Positions 8,763 to 18,468 are shown, numbered from the stretch's first letter. The stretch is DNA of 30,821 nt from a virus (IMGVR_UViG_2713896904_000004); one strand, 5' to 3'. The notes: a model not told the origin generated them from the sequence alone. Translations and numbers: made by a program.

Positions 8763-9177
8763 GCGTTATCGCACTCCACAGATCATCAAAAGAAATCATT
8801 ACCGGTCCGTCACGACGCCAGAGAGTGATACTGTTACCCAGTTCATTAATCCCGGTGCGGCGGATATCCAGATCAATACGGGACACCACGCCGTCATCAA
8901 TCATCCATTGCAGGCATTCGCGGATATACCCCCTTACCGTCAGCACCAGCTGATTGGTCAGTTTGCTGCGCTGAAGCAGCCACAGCCGGGAGCCGTAACG
9001 GTCATTCTGTACCGCAGGCCAAGTATCCCCCCACCATCCCATCGGGACGTCGGCGTTGTCATCAGGCTCCGCCCGCCGCCAGGTAAACAGGGAAATCACC
9101 ACGGCGCGGGTCAGCGGATCCAGCGGTGCGCTGGCGCAGGTGCGTTTACCGTTCACCGTCAGCCACAGTTCCATCAT
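8749..9177 (-). CDS. Baseplate protein (Mu gp46 / P2 gpW-like), 142 aa
   Basis: Small protein between the spike gene (gpV-like) and the J-like gene with 4-nt ATGA overlap upstream; synteny with Mu/P2 baseplate operons. Confidence 0.65.
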   Translation of the reverse strand: MMELWLTVNGKRTCASAPLDPLTRAVVISLFTWRRAEPDDNADVPMGWWGDTWPAVQNDRYGSRLWLLQRSKLTNQLVLTVRGYIRECLQWMIDDGVVSRIDLDIRRTGINELGNSITLWRRDGPVMISFDDLWSAITHGGQ

Positions 9178-9722
9178 GCCTCCATCGCTTTATCCGGTTT
9201 GTCGGTGTTACTGCCCTGACCGTTCTCTCTGTGACGATGCCCGTTATAGGCAAGCCGCATCGCTGACATGGTGGTGCCGCCGGAGTCGCACAGGTCTTTC
9301 ACCTGTCCTGTCACTTCCAGGTCCATTTCAAAACGTGCTTTAGGTGAATTGCGAAACGTGATCGTTTTACCTGCACCGTCCACCACGATCCCCTCCCGGG
9401 TCAGCGTCACGGACTGCCCCTGATCGTCATAGACCGCCACCTCACCCGTCTGCAGCCCTTTCAGGCGGTAGCGCCGGTCCGACACCGTAACAACCACCGC
9501 ATGAGAACGGTCGCCATCCGGAAACAACACCACCGCTTCCGCACCGCTGTTTGCCCTTGCGGTAAAACCGTAGGGTTCAAGATGTTCAACCCCGGCTTTG
9601 GGTTCACCGGCAATCAGGGACACATCCACGGTCTGACATTTCGTGGCGGCACTGATGCTTTTCACCACTGCCCGCCCAATCAGGCCGAGAAGTTGTCGCT
9701 GCATGGCTTCAATCGTCCTCAT
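9174..9722 (-). CDS. Baseplate assembly protein V-like (central spike, Mu gp45-like), 182 aa
   Basis: Size and position immediately downstream of the hub gene; Gly-rich OB-fold-like N-terminal half. Confidence 0.65.
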   Translation of the reverse strand: MRTIEAMQRQLLGLIGRAVVKSISAATKCQTVDVSLIAGEPKAGVEHLEPYGFTARANSGAEAVVLFPDGDRSHAVVVTVSDRRYRLKGLQTGEVAVYDDQGQSVTLTREGIVVDGAGKTITFRNSPKARFEMDLEVTGQVKDLCDSGGTTMSAMRLAYNGHRHRENGQGSNTDKPDKAMEA

Positions 9723-10801
9723 CAGAACGGGTCCTCCTGTACTCTGGCTTTTTTCTTTTTCCGCGCGCCGGGGTCTTCAGGTTCAGGCAGATAAGCATCA
9801 GGCGGGCCGACACGGATTTCCGTCAGGGTGCCGTTCTGGTCCTGAGTAAACGTGACTTCCGAAACAAGCAGTTCGGTATTGTCAAAACCACAGACCGGAT
9901 CAAAGACAATCACCCGCTGGTTGGGTTGCCACAGCGTACCGTTACCCTGTCGCCAGCCCTGCACCACATAGGTGGTTTCATCCGTCCGCGCCGCCCGTTG
10001 CCGGGCTTCAAAGTCAGCACGCGCAATACAGCCTGCCCCCGTAGCCTGCCCTGTCTGCCTGATATACATCGGACGGTAACGGGCAATAAATGCGTCCTCT
10101 GTGCGGGCCCGCAGCGCGGTGGTGGTGGCCTCACCGAAATCATCGTCGTTTCCGGCACGCTGCCCCGCCACCTGGTAAACAGAAAACCGCTCCCGGATAC
10201 TCTTCTCCGTATCGCAGGAAAGGATGTTTTCCCCAAGTACCAGCGCGGTATGTGCCCGCGTTGAGCCAATACCACCAATCACCAGCCTGCCGTGCGGGTC
10301 GTCGTAAGCCAGCGCCTGCTGCTGACCGAGTATTTTGTTGATCACCTCAATCACCGTTTCACCGTGATCAGGCTGGACATCAGGAATAACACCCGACGGC
10401 GCACCGCTGTTCACCACCTCAATGCCGAAAGGCGCAGCAAGCGCCTGCGCAATCTGTACCAGCGATCGTCCGTTAAACTGTGTCGGTTCGGCTGCACAGT
10501 CAATCAGGTCAGCGGTCAGACTACGTCCGGCAATACCGGTGCTGACCGAACGGGCATCGTAACGAACGGGCGTCGCCTCCACCCAGCCGGTGATCACCAG
10601 CTCATCACCAATCAGCACCTCCACTTTTGAACCGTTTTTAATGCGCGACTGAAGCGTGGTAATACCCTCATCTCCCGGCCACTGGCGGGTGATCTCCACA
10701 CTGAAATCCCGCGCCAGTCGTTCAACACCGGCACCGATGCGCACCGATGTCCAGCCATTCCACTCCCGGCCATTTACCCGTAGCGTGACGTTATCGTTCA
10801 T
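9722..10801 (-). CDS. Baseplate hub / tail protein (Mu gp44 / P2 gpD-like), 359 aa
   Basis: Located between the DNA circulation gene and the spike gene with overlapping stop/start; size matches gpD-like tail proteins. Confidence 0.7.
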   Translation of the reverse strand: MNDNVTLRVNGREWNGWTSVRIGAGVERLARDFSVEITRQWPGDEGITTLQSRIKNGSKVEVLIGDELVITGWVEATPVRYDARSVSTGIAGRSLTADLIDCAAEPTQFNGRSLVQIAQALAAPFGIEVVNSGAPSGVIPDVQPDHGETVIEVINKILGQQQALAYDDPHGRLVIGGIGSTRAHTALVLGENILSCDTEKSIRERFSVYQVAGQRAGNDDDFGEATTTALRARTEDAFIARYRPMYIRQTGQATGAGCIARADFEARQRAARTDETTYVVQGWRQGNGTLWQPNQRVIVFDPVCGFDNTELLVSEVTFTQDQNGTLTEIRVGPPDAYLPEPEDPGARKKKKARVQEDPF

Positions 10802-12126
10802 TGCACTGGCACCTTCAGAGGGATCACCGGCACAAAGCCGGGATGCGTAATGGCATTACGCCGGATAATGTCCGCGTCACGCGCCGCGTTATCAAACCAG
10901 GTCGCCGCCAGCACCAGCGCGGGTAAAACCTCATCCGGCGTGCGCTGAATGATCCGTGCAGACTGTTCAAGGCGCGTGTTGATATCCGCATTCAGATCTG
11001 CTTTCACCCGGCGCAGCGCCAGAAACAGCGCATCACTGGTTGTACGGGACAACTCCTTATCAATTGCCGTATTCAGTGTGTCGCGAATGTCGGTCAGTTC
11101 TTCCCACGTTGGCAGGTCAACCGTGTTTTTCACCGCCGGTGCATTGTTCAGTGCCGGATGCGTGACAGAAGGCCAGCCGGTGCTCTGCGCGGGTGTTGTT
11201 GACTGCCCCACTGTGGCATTCTGCATCACCGCGGAAGTTGTGGGCGCAGGCAATCGTGTGACGGCATACGCCGCTTCGCTGATTGCGGTCGTACGAAGGG
11301 TGCTGGCAACCACGTTACGCTGCTGCGTCGCCGTGGCGGTGGTTTTACTGTCCGTTTTCCAGACGCCGCGCGGTTGCAGATCGCTGCCGAGGCTGACACC
11401 GGAAAGCGTTTTGATTATGGTGACCAGGTCGCTGGCGTTACCATAAAGGCGTTTCCCGGTACGCCACATTTTCTGCACCTGCTCAACGAAATTTTTGCCT
11501 GACGATGGCGGCGGCAGAAGTACCGAGATATCCCCCTGCAACAGCCTGGCGGCATCCGATACGGCAGAATCCACCACTTTCATCGCATCAGAAACATACC
11601 CAAGCATTGTGCTGGCATTACCGACGACGTCGTTCTGCACAAAATCTGCCACGCCATCGATACTGAAACCACTGAAGCTGTCACTGATGCAGTCATCCAG
11701 TGCAGAACAGGATGACATCAGCGTCTGCGCCGTCGCCGCACCTGAAGTGGGGTAAGAGAGTTCTCCCGCTTCGACAAACTTCAGGTCAAAGCGGACAATA
11801 CGCCCTTCACTCTTCGATGTGCTGACCCGAACTTCCCCGTCAACACAGACTTTCAGCTCACCGTAAGTCGGATGGACAAGCGTGCCGGGACCGGGTTTAT
11901 TCAGCGCGTCAATCAGGCGATCGCGCTGGTCAAAGCAGTCATCTCCCACCACATAAGCTGTGATGGACGGGCGGAAAGTGATTTTCCCCAGGTCTTCGGT
12001 ATAGGGTTTGTCGCGGTTCGGATATTCGTGTGTTTCCACACGACGGCCGGTTCCCGCACTTTCTTCTTCAACCTTAAACGGCACACCGCGAAATGACGCG
12101 TCCTGAAGTCTGTCTTTCCACGTCAT
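10798..12126 (-). CDS. DNA circulation protein (Mu N / gp43-like), 443 aa from ATG 12126
   Basis: Conserved N-terminal block WKDRLQDASFRGVPFKVE typical of Mu N. The track ORF starts at 12168, but ATG 12126 has a GGAG Shine-Dalgarno and leaves the upstream hairpin intergenic. Confidence 0.75.
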   Translation of the reverse strand: MTWKDRLQDASFRGVPFKVEEESAGTGRRVETHEYPNRDKPYTEDLGKITFRPSITAYVVGDDCFDQRDRLIDALNKPGPGTLVHPTYGELKVCVDGEVRVSTSKSEGRIVRFDLKFVEAGELSYPTSGAATAQTLMSSCSALDDCISDSFSGFSIDGVADFVQNDVVGNASTMLGYVSDAMKVVDSAVSDAARLLQGDISVLLPPPSSGKNFVEQVQKMWRTGKRLYGNASDLVTIIKTLSGVSLGSDLQPRGVWKTDSKTTATATQQRNVVASTLRTTAISEAAYAVTRLPAPTTSAVMQNATVGQSTTPAQSTGWPSVTHPALNNAPAVKNTVDLPTWEELTDIRDTLNTAIDKELSRTTSDALFLALRRVKADLNADINTRLEQSARIIQRTPDEVLPALVLAATWFDNAARDADIIRRNAITHPGFVPVIPLKVPVQ

Positions 12127-12141
12127 ATAAACTCCGTACAT

Positions 12142-12162
12142 AAAAAATCCCACCGGAGTGGG
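12142..12162 (-). terminator. Short hairpin plus T-tract (CCCAC-TCCG-GTGGG-ATTTTTT on the minus strand) between tape-measure and DNA-circulation genes; possible attenuator
   Basis: 5-bp GC-rich stem with tetraloop followed by six T on the transcribed strand, in the 60-nt gap between stop 12187 and start 12126. Confidence 0.3.
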
Positions 12163-12186
12163 ACTCATTAACAGATTAATTTTTCA

Positions 12187-14022
12187 TTACCTGCCAAAGC
12201 GCGTATAGCCAACATCATGGCTGACATCAAAACCGCTGGATCGCGTTTCCATAACCCGCATCCCCGGAGGCGAATTCACAAAAGAGACCTTGATCTCACC
12301 ATCAACTTTTGGCGCAGAAGCTTTGTTAATCATGAAGGGATTCGAGCCTGTGGCATCGGAGGCGTTGTTTGACTGAGCCGGATCCACCGCCGGATAAGGT
12401 GTGTATCCCCGCGCCGGTATTCCCGTCCCATAAGCATCATAAGCACCCGCGCCCCACTGCGCAGAGTTAATGGCATCGACCGTGTCACCGGAACTGTCGG
12501 TAAACCACTCAATAATTGGCTTCAGCTTGTCCCACATATCCTGAAACCACTTAACAACCGGTCCCCAGTTATTGATTACCATCCCCAGCGGCGACCAGGC
12601 AAAAACCTTCTTCAGAAGTTCCCAGCCAGCCTCAAAATAAGGACCAATGGTTTCCCAGAGTTTCTTAAAATAAGGTCCGACAACATCCCAGTTAGTGATA
12701 ATTAATCCCGCAGCCAGGGCTATCGCCGTCGCAATCATGCCAATCGGCGTCATCGACATGATCCTGCTGACAATACTGATGGCACTGCCCACGCCCATCA
12801 ATCCCAGTTTCAGAATCGCAAGACCGGCAGCAAGCCCGACGACGCCGCGAATAACCCGGGGATTTTCATCCGCAAACTTCGTGAATTTTTCCCCCAACTC
12901 CCCCAGCCATTGCGTGATATTTTTAGCGTCACCAGAAAATGCGCCGCCAATAGCTGCAAGACCGTTAGTTGCGGTCCCCGTCATTGCCTCCCACAGGTTG
13001 GACAGCGTACCAAGCTGTGCCTGAACACGTTTATTCAGGCTGGCCTGTTTATTCATCTTCTGCTGGATCTGATCGTAACCATCCTTTCCTTTATCGATCA
13101 GGGCATTGACCACCTGAAGGGTTTCGGCATCATCACCAAATATTGCCTTAAGTACACCTGTTCGCTTAACGTCGGTCAGTTTTCGCAGCTTTGCCAGTTG
13201 CTTAAACATGTTATCAAGACCGCCAAAACTCCCTTTGCTGTCAGTAAAATCGAGCTGCACCCCGAGTTTCTGGCGGGCCATGACTTTATTGACGTCCCTG
13301 ATTTTCTTAACGCTTAATCCGGACTGGATAACTTTTCGCAGGGCATTACCTGCCGACTCCCCATTCATCCCCATCTGATCCATCATGACGCTGATAGGGG
13401 CAAGGCTCTGTGCAGCCTGAAGACCGTCCTTATTCACCATCTTCAGAACAGAACTGGTTTTAGTGAAGAAGGACAACATGTTGGTATCGTCAACGCCCAG
13501 ATAAAACGCCTTCTGGATAGTGTCGAACAGCCCCATCATGTCTTCTGACGCCGTTCCGGTAGCATCCTGCATCTTTGCAGCAAACTCAGCAGCCGCTTCC
13601 GGTGTTTTTTTCAGTTGTACCGCAAGATAAGCTGTCGCTTTACCCACACCACCCAGAATGTTTTCTGCCGGGATCCCCTGACGCACCAGCATCTGCATCA
13701 TGTTCTGGAAATCAGCCGTTGTACCGGGTAGCTGGTTACCCAGACCAATAGCCAGTTTATTGATGTCCTGAAAGCTCTTTCCAACCTCGCCGTTCGCATC
13801 CATCATGGCGACTTTCAGCCCGGTGGCGGCGTTTTCCTGATCGGCATAAGATTTCAGGGAAAGCGTCAGACCCGCTGCCAGTCCGCCACCAAGCGCCAGC
13901 CCACCCTGTGACGCTTCTTCCGCCTGGCGTTTAAATCCCCGGATTTTCTTTTGCATTTTCGACAGCGCGGGAGAAAGCCTGTCGACACCGGTGATCAACG
14001 CCTTAAGCTCAAATTCAGCCAT
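12187..14022 (-). CDS. Tail tape measure protein, 611 aa
   Basis: Long Ala/Gly/Met-rich protein with hydrophobic glycine-zipper-like segments, directly downstream of the frameshifted chaperone pair and upstream of baseplate genes. Confidence 0.85.
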   Translation of the reverse strand: MAEFELKALITGVDRLSPALSKMQKKIRGFKRQAEEASQGGLALGGGLAAGLTLSLKSYADQENAATGLKVAMMDANGEVGKSFQDINKLAIGLGNQLPGTTADFQNMMQMLVRQGIPAENILGGVGKATAYLAVQLKKTPEAAAEFAAKMQDATGTASEDMMGLFDTIQKAFYLGVDDTNMLSFFTKTSSVLKMVNKDGLQAAQSLAPISVMMDQMGMNGESAGNALRKVIQSGLSVKKIRDVNKVMARQKLGVQLDFTDSKGSFGGLDNMFKQLAKLRKLTDVKRTGVLKAIFGDDAETLQVVNALIDKGKDGYDQIQQKMNKQASLNKRVQAQLGTLSNLWEAMTGTATNGLAAIGGAFSGDAKNITQWLGELGEKFTKFADENPRVIRGVVGLAAGLAILKLGLMGVGSAISIVSRIMSMTPIGMIATAIALAAGLIITNWDVVGPYFKKLWETIGPYFEAGWELLKKVFAWSPLGMVINNWGPVVKWFQDMWDKLKPIIEWFTDSSGDTVDAINSAQWGAGAYDAYGTGIPARGYTPYPAVDPAQSNNASDATGSNPFMINKASAPKVDGEIKVSFVNSPPGMRVMETRSSGFDVSHDVGYTRFGR

Positions 14023-14197
14023 GTGTGCGTTTCTCCTGCTCTATCCTGTTTGCCTGACTGACCAGCAAGGGAATTTCACTGATCGGCATATTCAGCAATT
14101 CGAAGGGATTAATGCGCCAGTAGCTGGCGCAGTCAAAGAAGCGATCAGTGAGGTATTCAGCCGTCAGGCCTGGAGGAAAAAACCGGCCACAAGCCAC
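14015..14197 (-). CDS. -1 frame extension of the tail assembly chaperone (GT-like fusion product made by frameshifting at 14176..14182)
   Basis: ORF in the -1 frame relative to 14164..14433, overlapping it across the slippery site and ending 8 nt inside the tape-measure start; the conserved G/GT arrangement. Confidence 0.55.
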   Translation of the reverse strand: MACGRFFPPGLTAEYLTDRFFDCASYWRINPFELLNMPISEIPLLVSQANRIEQEKRTHG

Positions 14198-14433
14198 GCC
14201 GCTGCATTCAGGTCTGCCGGAGACATCTGGTCGACAGAGCTTTGCGGCACTTTCGCCAGCCGCACAATGTATTTCGACACCACATGCGCCAGAAGTCTGA
14301 CGGACTCATCCTGATTCATCTGGTAGGGATACCCCAGCTCGCGGACATCCTTCCCGGTGGGTTCATCAAACTCCAGTACGGAGAGTGTCTCGCCATGAGC
14401 AATAATCGGTTTCTTTAACTCAAGCTCTTTCAT
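14164..14433 (-). CDS. Tail assembly chaperone (G-like), 89 aa; 5' ORF of a programmed -1 frameshift pair
   Basis: Position between tube and tape-measure genes; ends 10 nt after a T_TTT_TTC slippery heptamer. Confidence 0.7.
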   Translation of the reverse strand: MKELELKKPIIAHGETLSVLEFDEPTGKDVRELGYPYQMNQDESVRLLAHVVSKYIVRLAKVPQSSVDQMSPADLNAAAWLVAGFFLQA

Positions 14434-14789
14434 TACTGGTAATCCCCTTCTTCACCGTGGAACTCAAGATCAACCGTGCCTTCTTCGGCATTATGGTTCG
14501 CTTCGCCGTGCAGCCAGGCAGACGACAGTACATAGACCTGACCGTTCGCCAGCTCGGCAGTGATTGTCATCTCATCAGACGAGGTGATTTTGCTCACCGG
14601 AAAATTCTTCGGCACCTTGAAGGTCCCTTTGACATAAGGCGCACGGTGAGTTTCCTTGCGGTCCACTGAACCGTCCAGGCCGATGATGTCATCATTGACC
14701 GTCCTGTTCATGGGCACCTCAATGCCGCCGGTCAGCGATAGCTGCTGACCGTCAATTTTGAAATAACAGGTTCCCCCGATACGGGCCAT
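14433..14789 (-). CDS. Tail tube protein (Mu M-like), 118 aa
   Basis: Small protein immediately downstream of the sheath gene with 1-nt stop/start overlap; canonical sheath-tube order. Confidence 0.75.
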   Translation of the reverse strand: MARIGGTCYFKIDGQQLSLTGGIEVPMNRTVNDDIIGLDGSVDRKETHRAPYVKGTFKVPKNFPVSKITSSDEMTITAELANGQVYVLSSAWLHGEANHNAEEGTVDLEFHGEEGDYQ

Positions 14790-16285
14790 TATGCGGACTC
14801 CTCTGAATACTGAAGACGGAACTGGTTAACCACGGCAAAGACACGCAACTGGTTAACATAGTCAGGCGGGAACAGCGTGTTCAGGCGGTTCGGATCGCTG
14901 GCATCACGCTCCACAACCAGGTACTGCTTAAAAAGTTCGTAGTTTTCCACGATCCCCGCACGCTCAAGCTGACGGTAGGTTGCCAGCAGTTCCCCTTTGA
15001 TCACCGCCGGGGTGACAATCGCCTGACCGGGACCAAAGCGGGTACCGTCGCTGGCAAGCTTGTGACGCCCGTACTTACTGGTAATGACGGATTTCAGTTT
15101 GCGCAGTACATACGCACTGGTATGCAGCGTCTCGCTGTCGAGGTAGCTGTTATCCGCAACCCCGTAAGCATTTTCCCTGTACGTGGTGACATCACGCTGA
15201 ATGCGCAGCACCCCGCTTTCGACATACGCCGTTGCCACGCCATGAGACAGCAGGGTCTGCTGCTCGGTCATCGTGAACCGTTTCCCCTTCGGCGCAGGCA
15301 GCATACCCACCAGCTCACCGGTCTGCGTGGGACGTGCCGGATCGTTGCGGATAAACACCGCTGCGCGGGCGGTACGGCTTGCCGCCAGCTCGTCGGCAGG
15401 CGTCTGGGTCTCTTTTTCGTACCCCGCCAGGGTGATGTGCTGCTGGTTAAACTGGTCACCTGCGGTCACCAGTTCTGACAGCGTGCCGATCTTTGCCGTA
15501 TACACATGACCATACAGCTGACGCGCATAGCTCCAGCGACCGCTGGTATCGTTCATCTCGGTCACCAGCGTGTTAACGGAGGCCGTGTCGTTGAACGGCA
15601 GACCGATATAATCAAACGGCTCATCCGCCATTGCAGCCACCGCACCGGTGAGAACCGGAGCGCCCGTTCCGGCGGTCCCCGTCGCCACGGCAATCTGTAC
15701 GCCCGCTGGCAGCACTTCGCCCCCACCAAAGCCGTAGTAATTGAGGCTGACAGGAATTTCATTCCCGCAAAGCCCCTTATGACGCGCGGTCAGTGTGACC
15801 ACGCCTGCCGAAGATGAGGCCGTAAACGGCAGGGCCGGAACGGCATTGATGGCATCCTGGATACTGCTGGCAATCGTCGTGACGTTATCGCCGTTGGTCA
15901 CCGGTGCCTGCACGCGGGTACGTCCCACATAAACATTCACCGTGCCGGTTTCGGTTGCTGCTCCGGTCACCGTCAGCGTAACCGTTGCCGCCGCGCCTGT
16001 GGCTTCCGGAACGGCAATCACATACAGCTCGCCAAACGGGTCGGTCTGGCGATAAGCCTCGACCATACGCGCCAGCTGACTTCCCGCACCACAAATCTGG
16101 CGTGCATAGTCTGCCGACGGCATCAGCACCAGACTGTTGGCAACAATCTCTGCACCGTTATTGGCGTGACCAATCAGCAGCGATGCTCCGCTGTCCTGTG
16201 CAGTATTCGCCGCCTGGTTATCCATTTCCGCATAAAACAGCGGAACCAGCGTATTCGACGGAATGGTGTTAAAGCTTATCGTCAT
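14789..16285 (-). CDS. Contractile tail sheath protein (Mu L-like), 498 aa
   Basis: Size and position at the head of the tail operon, followed by tube, chaperones and tape measure. Confidence 0.85.
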   Translation of the reverse strand: MTISFNTIPSNTLVPLFYAEMDNQAANTAQDSGASLLIGHANNGAEIVANSLVLMPSADYARQICGAGSQLARMVEAYRQTDPFGELYVIAVPEATGAAATVTLTVTGAATETGTVNVYVGRTRVQAPVTNGDNVTTIASSIQDAINAVPALPFTASSSAGVVTLTARHKGLCGNEIPVSLNYYGFGGGEVLPAGVQIAVATGTAGTGAPVLTGAVAAMADEPFDYIGLPFNDTASVNTLVTEMNDTSGRWSYARQLYGHVYTAKIGTLSELVTAGDQFNQQHITLAGYEKETQTPADELAASRTARAAVFIRNDPARPTQTGELVGMLPAPKGKRFTMTEQQTLLSHGVATAYVESGVLRIQRDVTTYRENAYGVADNSYLDSETLHTSAYVLRKLKSVITSKYGRHKLASDGTRFGPGQAIVTPAVIKGELLATYRQLERAGIVENYELFKQYLVVERDASDPNRLNTLFPPDYVNQLRVFAVVNQFRLQYSEESA

Positions 16286-16439
16286 CGGTGTTCACCTTTT
16301 TATTCACGCGCCGGATATCACCCGCGGCTTCACGGCGCAGCCAGTAGTTGTTCTCATCAACATTTCGCCCCTCGGCGGGCAAAAGGTCGCCGCGGGCAGG
16401 GTCAGGAACTGACCGCCCTTTAACAGGTTTCACAAACAT
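16269..16439 (-). CDS. Small hypothetical phage protein (56 aa), not in the ORF track
   Basis: Hand translation from ATG 16439: MFVKPVKGRSVPDPARGDLLPAEGRNVDENNYWLRREAAGDIRRVNKKVNTDDDKL*; fills the otherwise gene-free 160-nt gap and overlaps the sheath start by 17 nt. Confidence 0.3.
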   Translation of the reverse strand: MFVKPVKGRSVPDPARGDLLPAEGRNVDENNYWLRREAAGDIRRVNKKVNTDDDKL

Positions 16440-16447
16440 GAAGATTC

Positions 16448-17008
16448 TCAGGAAGGAAGGGTTATTTCGGTGTGATGTTCGATATCGCCGTCAGGCCCGT
16501 TACCGGGCTCGAGATAATCAACATCAATCGCCAGCGTTTGCAGTTCATCCAGACTGTTCAGATCATCCTGCTGGCGGGTATCGTCTTCAGTCAGCTCGCT
16601 GATGACCGAAAAATCGAACTGATAAATCAGCTCATGACGATTCAGATCCAGCAGCGTGCCGCCGTCATAGGTAATCGGGTTACCGCACGCCTCCGGGTTC
16701 CAGCCCAGCAGAGCCTTAAAGAGCATCTGCCGGACATCGTCCACCACATCATACGAGGCAAACTGACCGCGCTCATCACGCCCGTTACTCAGTATGACAA
16801 CCACGGAGAAACCCTCTTTCAGCTCCTGCCAGTAGTCGGTCTGGCTTTTGTTTTCTCCCGGAGAGTCATCACCCGGTACCACATACGCCGCCGGGAGTCT
16901 CAGCTTTCCGACCTCCGGCAGATTTTTGAACTGTGCCGCGCCTGCCACCCGGTTTTCAAAATACGGGCAGCGGGCACGCAGCGCAGCAATAACAGGCGTC
17001 AGTTTCAT
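16448..17008 (-). CDS. Tail-associated structural protein (tail terminator/completion candidate), 186 aa
   Basis: Position between neck genes and sheath gene; 4-nt overlap with the upstream gene; no motif recognised. Confidence 0.5.
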   Translation of the reverse strand: MKLTPVIAALRARCPYFENRVAGAAQFKNLPEVGKLRLPAAYVVPGDDSPGENKSQTDYWQELKEGFSVVVILSNGRDERGQFASYDVVDDVRQMLFKALLGWNPEACGNPITYDGGTLLDLNRHELIYQFDFSVISELTEDDTRQQDDLNSLDELQTLAIDVDYLEPGNGPDGDIEHHTEITLPS

Positions 17009-17511
17009 CTGTGTCGTCGCTCCGGCTTCAGTGATTTACGCAATTCCCGCGCCAGAAAATAGCGTGTCCAGCTGCGGTTCTTTTCAAGCGTTTCCACCAT
17101 GAAGTTATTACGTGGAGCCAGTCGCCAGCCGCTGCCACCGGATGCACCACGATGATGACTACGACGACGTTTTGCTCCTCCCCGGACACCAAAAAACAGA
17201 AACGCCGGATAGAAGTCACCAGAGATCATCCGGTTCCCCTTCCCGTTGCGCTGGTTAGGGGCAATGCGTGTCATAAAACCGGCTCGCTTTTTACTGGCTC
17301 TCGGCACCATATAACCAATCGAACGAGCCAGGCGTCCGGTCTGATAACCGGGGTTTTCACCCGGTGCCGACCGCGCACGGCGCATCACCAGCCGACGGGC
17401 ATCACGCATATGACGCTGCCCAATCGTGACAAACGCCCGCCGGACACGGGCGCGGTTAAAGCGCATCTCGGCGGGCTGCTGAACATCAACGTGAAAAAAG
17501 GGAGTCGCCAT
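17005..17511 (-). CDS. Neck/tail-completion protein (HK97 gp10-like candidate), 168 aa, Arg-rich
   Basis: Position after the head-tail adaptor genes; very basic composition; assignment by synteny only. Confidence 0.45.
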   Translation of the reverse strand: MATPFFHVDVQQPAEMRFNRARVRRAFVTIGQRHMRDARRLVMRRARSAPGENPGYQTGRLARSIGYMVPRASKKRAGFMTRIAPNQRNGKGNRMISGDFYPAFLFFGVRGGAKRRRSHHRGASGGSGWRLAPRNNFMVETLEKNRSWTRYFLARELRKSLKPERRHR

Positions 17512-17896
17512 TGCTGCCTCCGTGACTCTGCCTACATTCGCCCAGCTCCGTACACTCCAGCAGCAGAAAGCGCCGCGCCCCGTTCAGATCACGCTGACGT
17601 TTCACCCGGTACACACTGTCATCACAGACCACCTCATAATCAGCAGTGATCCCCCGGCGGTAACGAATGGTGATGTAATGGGTGATGGCGTCCCCGGTCT
17701 GCGCGGTCTCCTGCCAGGTGGTGGCACTGGTCTGGATAACCTTCGCACATGTCCGGAACGTAACCGGGTATTGAGGCTCCACGCCAAAGTTATCCGCGGG
17801 CATATCCACCCGCTGGCGGATCAGGACGCGTTTATTCAGTTCACCGGGGTCCGGCAGAATGTAGGTTGCGCTGGTCTGCGCCTGACGAATTTTCAT
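17486..17896 (-). CDS. Head closure / head-tail adaptor protein, 136 aa
   Basis: Downstream of the gp6-like connector gene with 4-nt overlap; typical size. Confidence 0.6.
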   Translation of the reverse strand: MKIRQAQTSATYILPDPGELNKRVLIRQRVDMPADNFGVEPQYPVTFRTCAKVIQTSATTWQETAQTGDAITHYITIRYRRGITADYEVVCDDSVYRVKRQRDLNGARRFLLLECTELGECRQSHGGSNGDSLFSR

Positions 17897-18216
17897 TGCG
17901 GAAAGTACCTGTACGGGCCGACAAGCCAGCCAAAACTCTGCGGCATGTCGAGTTTCTCCACTTCCGTAACCGACGAGCGGTTTTCGTAAAAATGGCTGAT
18001 AAGCATCAGCATCCCCAGACGAATATCATCCGGCAGGTGCAGCCCGTCCGGATCGCTGTCCGGAATGGATTCATCCGGTGCATAGAGCTTCCGGTTCAGA
18101 TACGTTTCCGTCCGCTTTTGCGCCGCACAGGCCAGCAGTTGCAGATGGCGGTCATCAGCATCGAAATCCTCATCCAGCCGGAGTTGGGCTTTAATCTCTT
18201 CCATTGTCAGAAGCAT
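17893..18216 (-). CDS. Head-tail connector protein (gp6-like), 107 aa
   Basis: N-terminus MLLTMEEIKAQLRLDEDFDADD resembles the conserved start of gp6-like connector proteins; located just after the capsid gene. Confidence 0.7.
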   Translation of the reverse strand: MLLTMEEIKAQLRLDEDFDADDRHLQLLACAAQKRTETYLNRKLYAPDESIPDSDPDGLHLPDDIRLGMLMLISHFYENRSSVTEVEKLDMPQSFGWLVGPYRYFPQ

Positions 18217-18218
18217 AC

Positions 18219-18419
18219 TCAGCTCTCTTTACTGGTCGTGGCTTTTTTCTCTTTTGCCGCTTTACTGCTTTTTGCACTGGTTCCGCGCTCAGCTAACCCG
18301 GCCTGAAGTGCAATCTCCTGCACCCGGGCAGGAAGCGCCCCGTCGTCATACTCACCGGCCCGAATGACCTCAACACGCATACCGTCCGGTGACCATTTCA
18401 GATCTTGTTTCAGGATCAT
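18219..18419 (-). CDS. Small phage protein (66 aa) with Lys-rich C-terminus, between capsid and connector genes
   Basis: ORF tightly packed between the capsid stop and connector start; function unknown. Confidence 0.4.
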   Translation of the reverse strand: MILKQDLKWSPDGMRVEVIRAGEYDDGALPARVQEIALQAGLAERGTSAKSSKAAKEKKATTSKES

Positions 18420-18468
18420 GATTCTTCACCCGTCAGGACAGGGGACGCGGTTCCGCGCCCCTGAATGA

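Noticed and set aside
12695-13317. Plus-strand ORFs of 109 and 135 aa inside the tape-measure gene, and similar antisense ORFs inside sheath, capsid, portal and terminase genes
   Set aside because: All are embedded antisense in long, well-supported structural genes of a GC-rich region, where spurious open frames are frequent.
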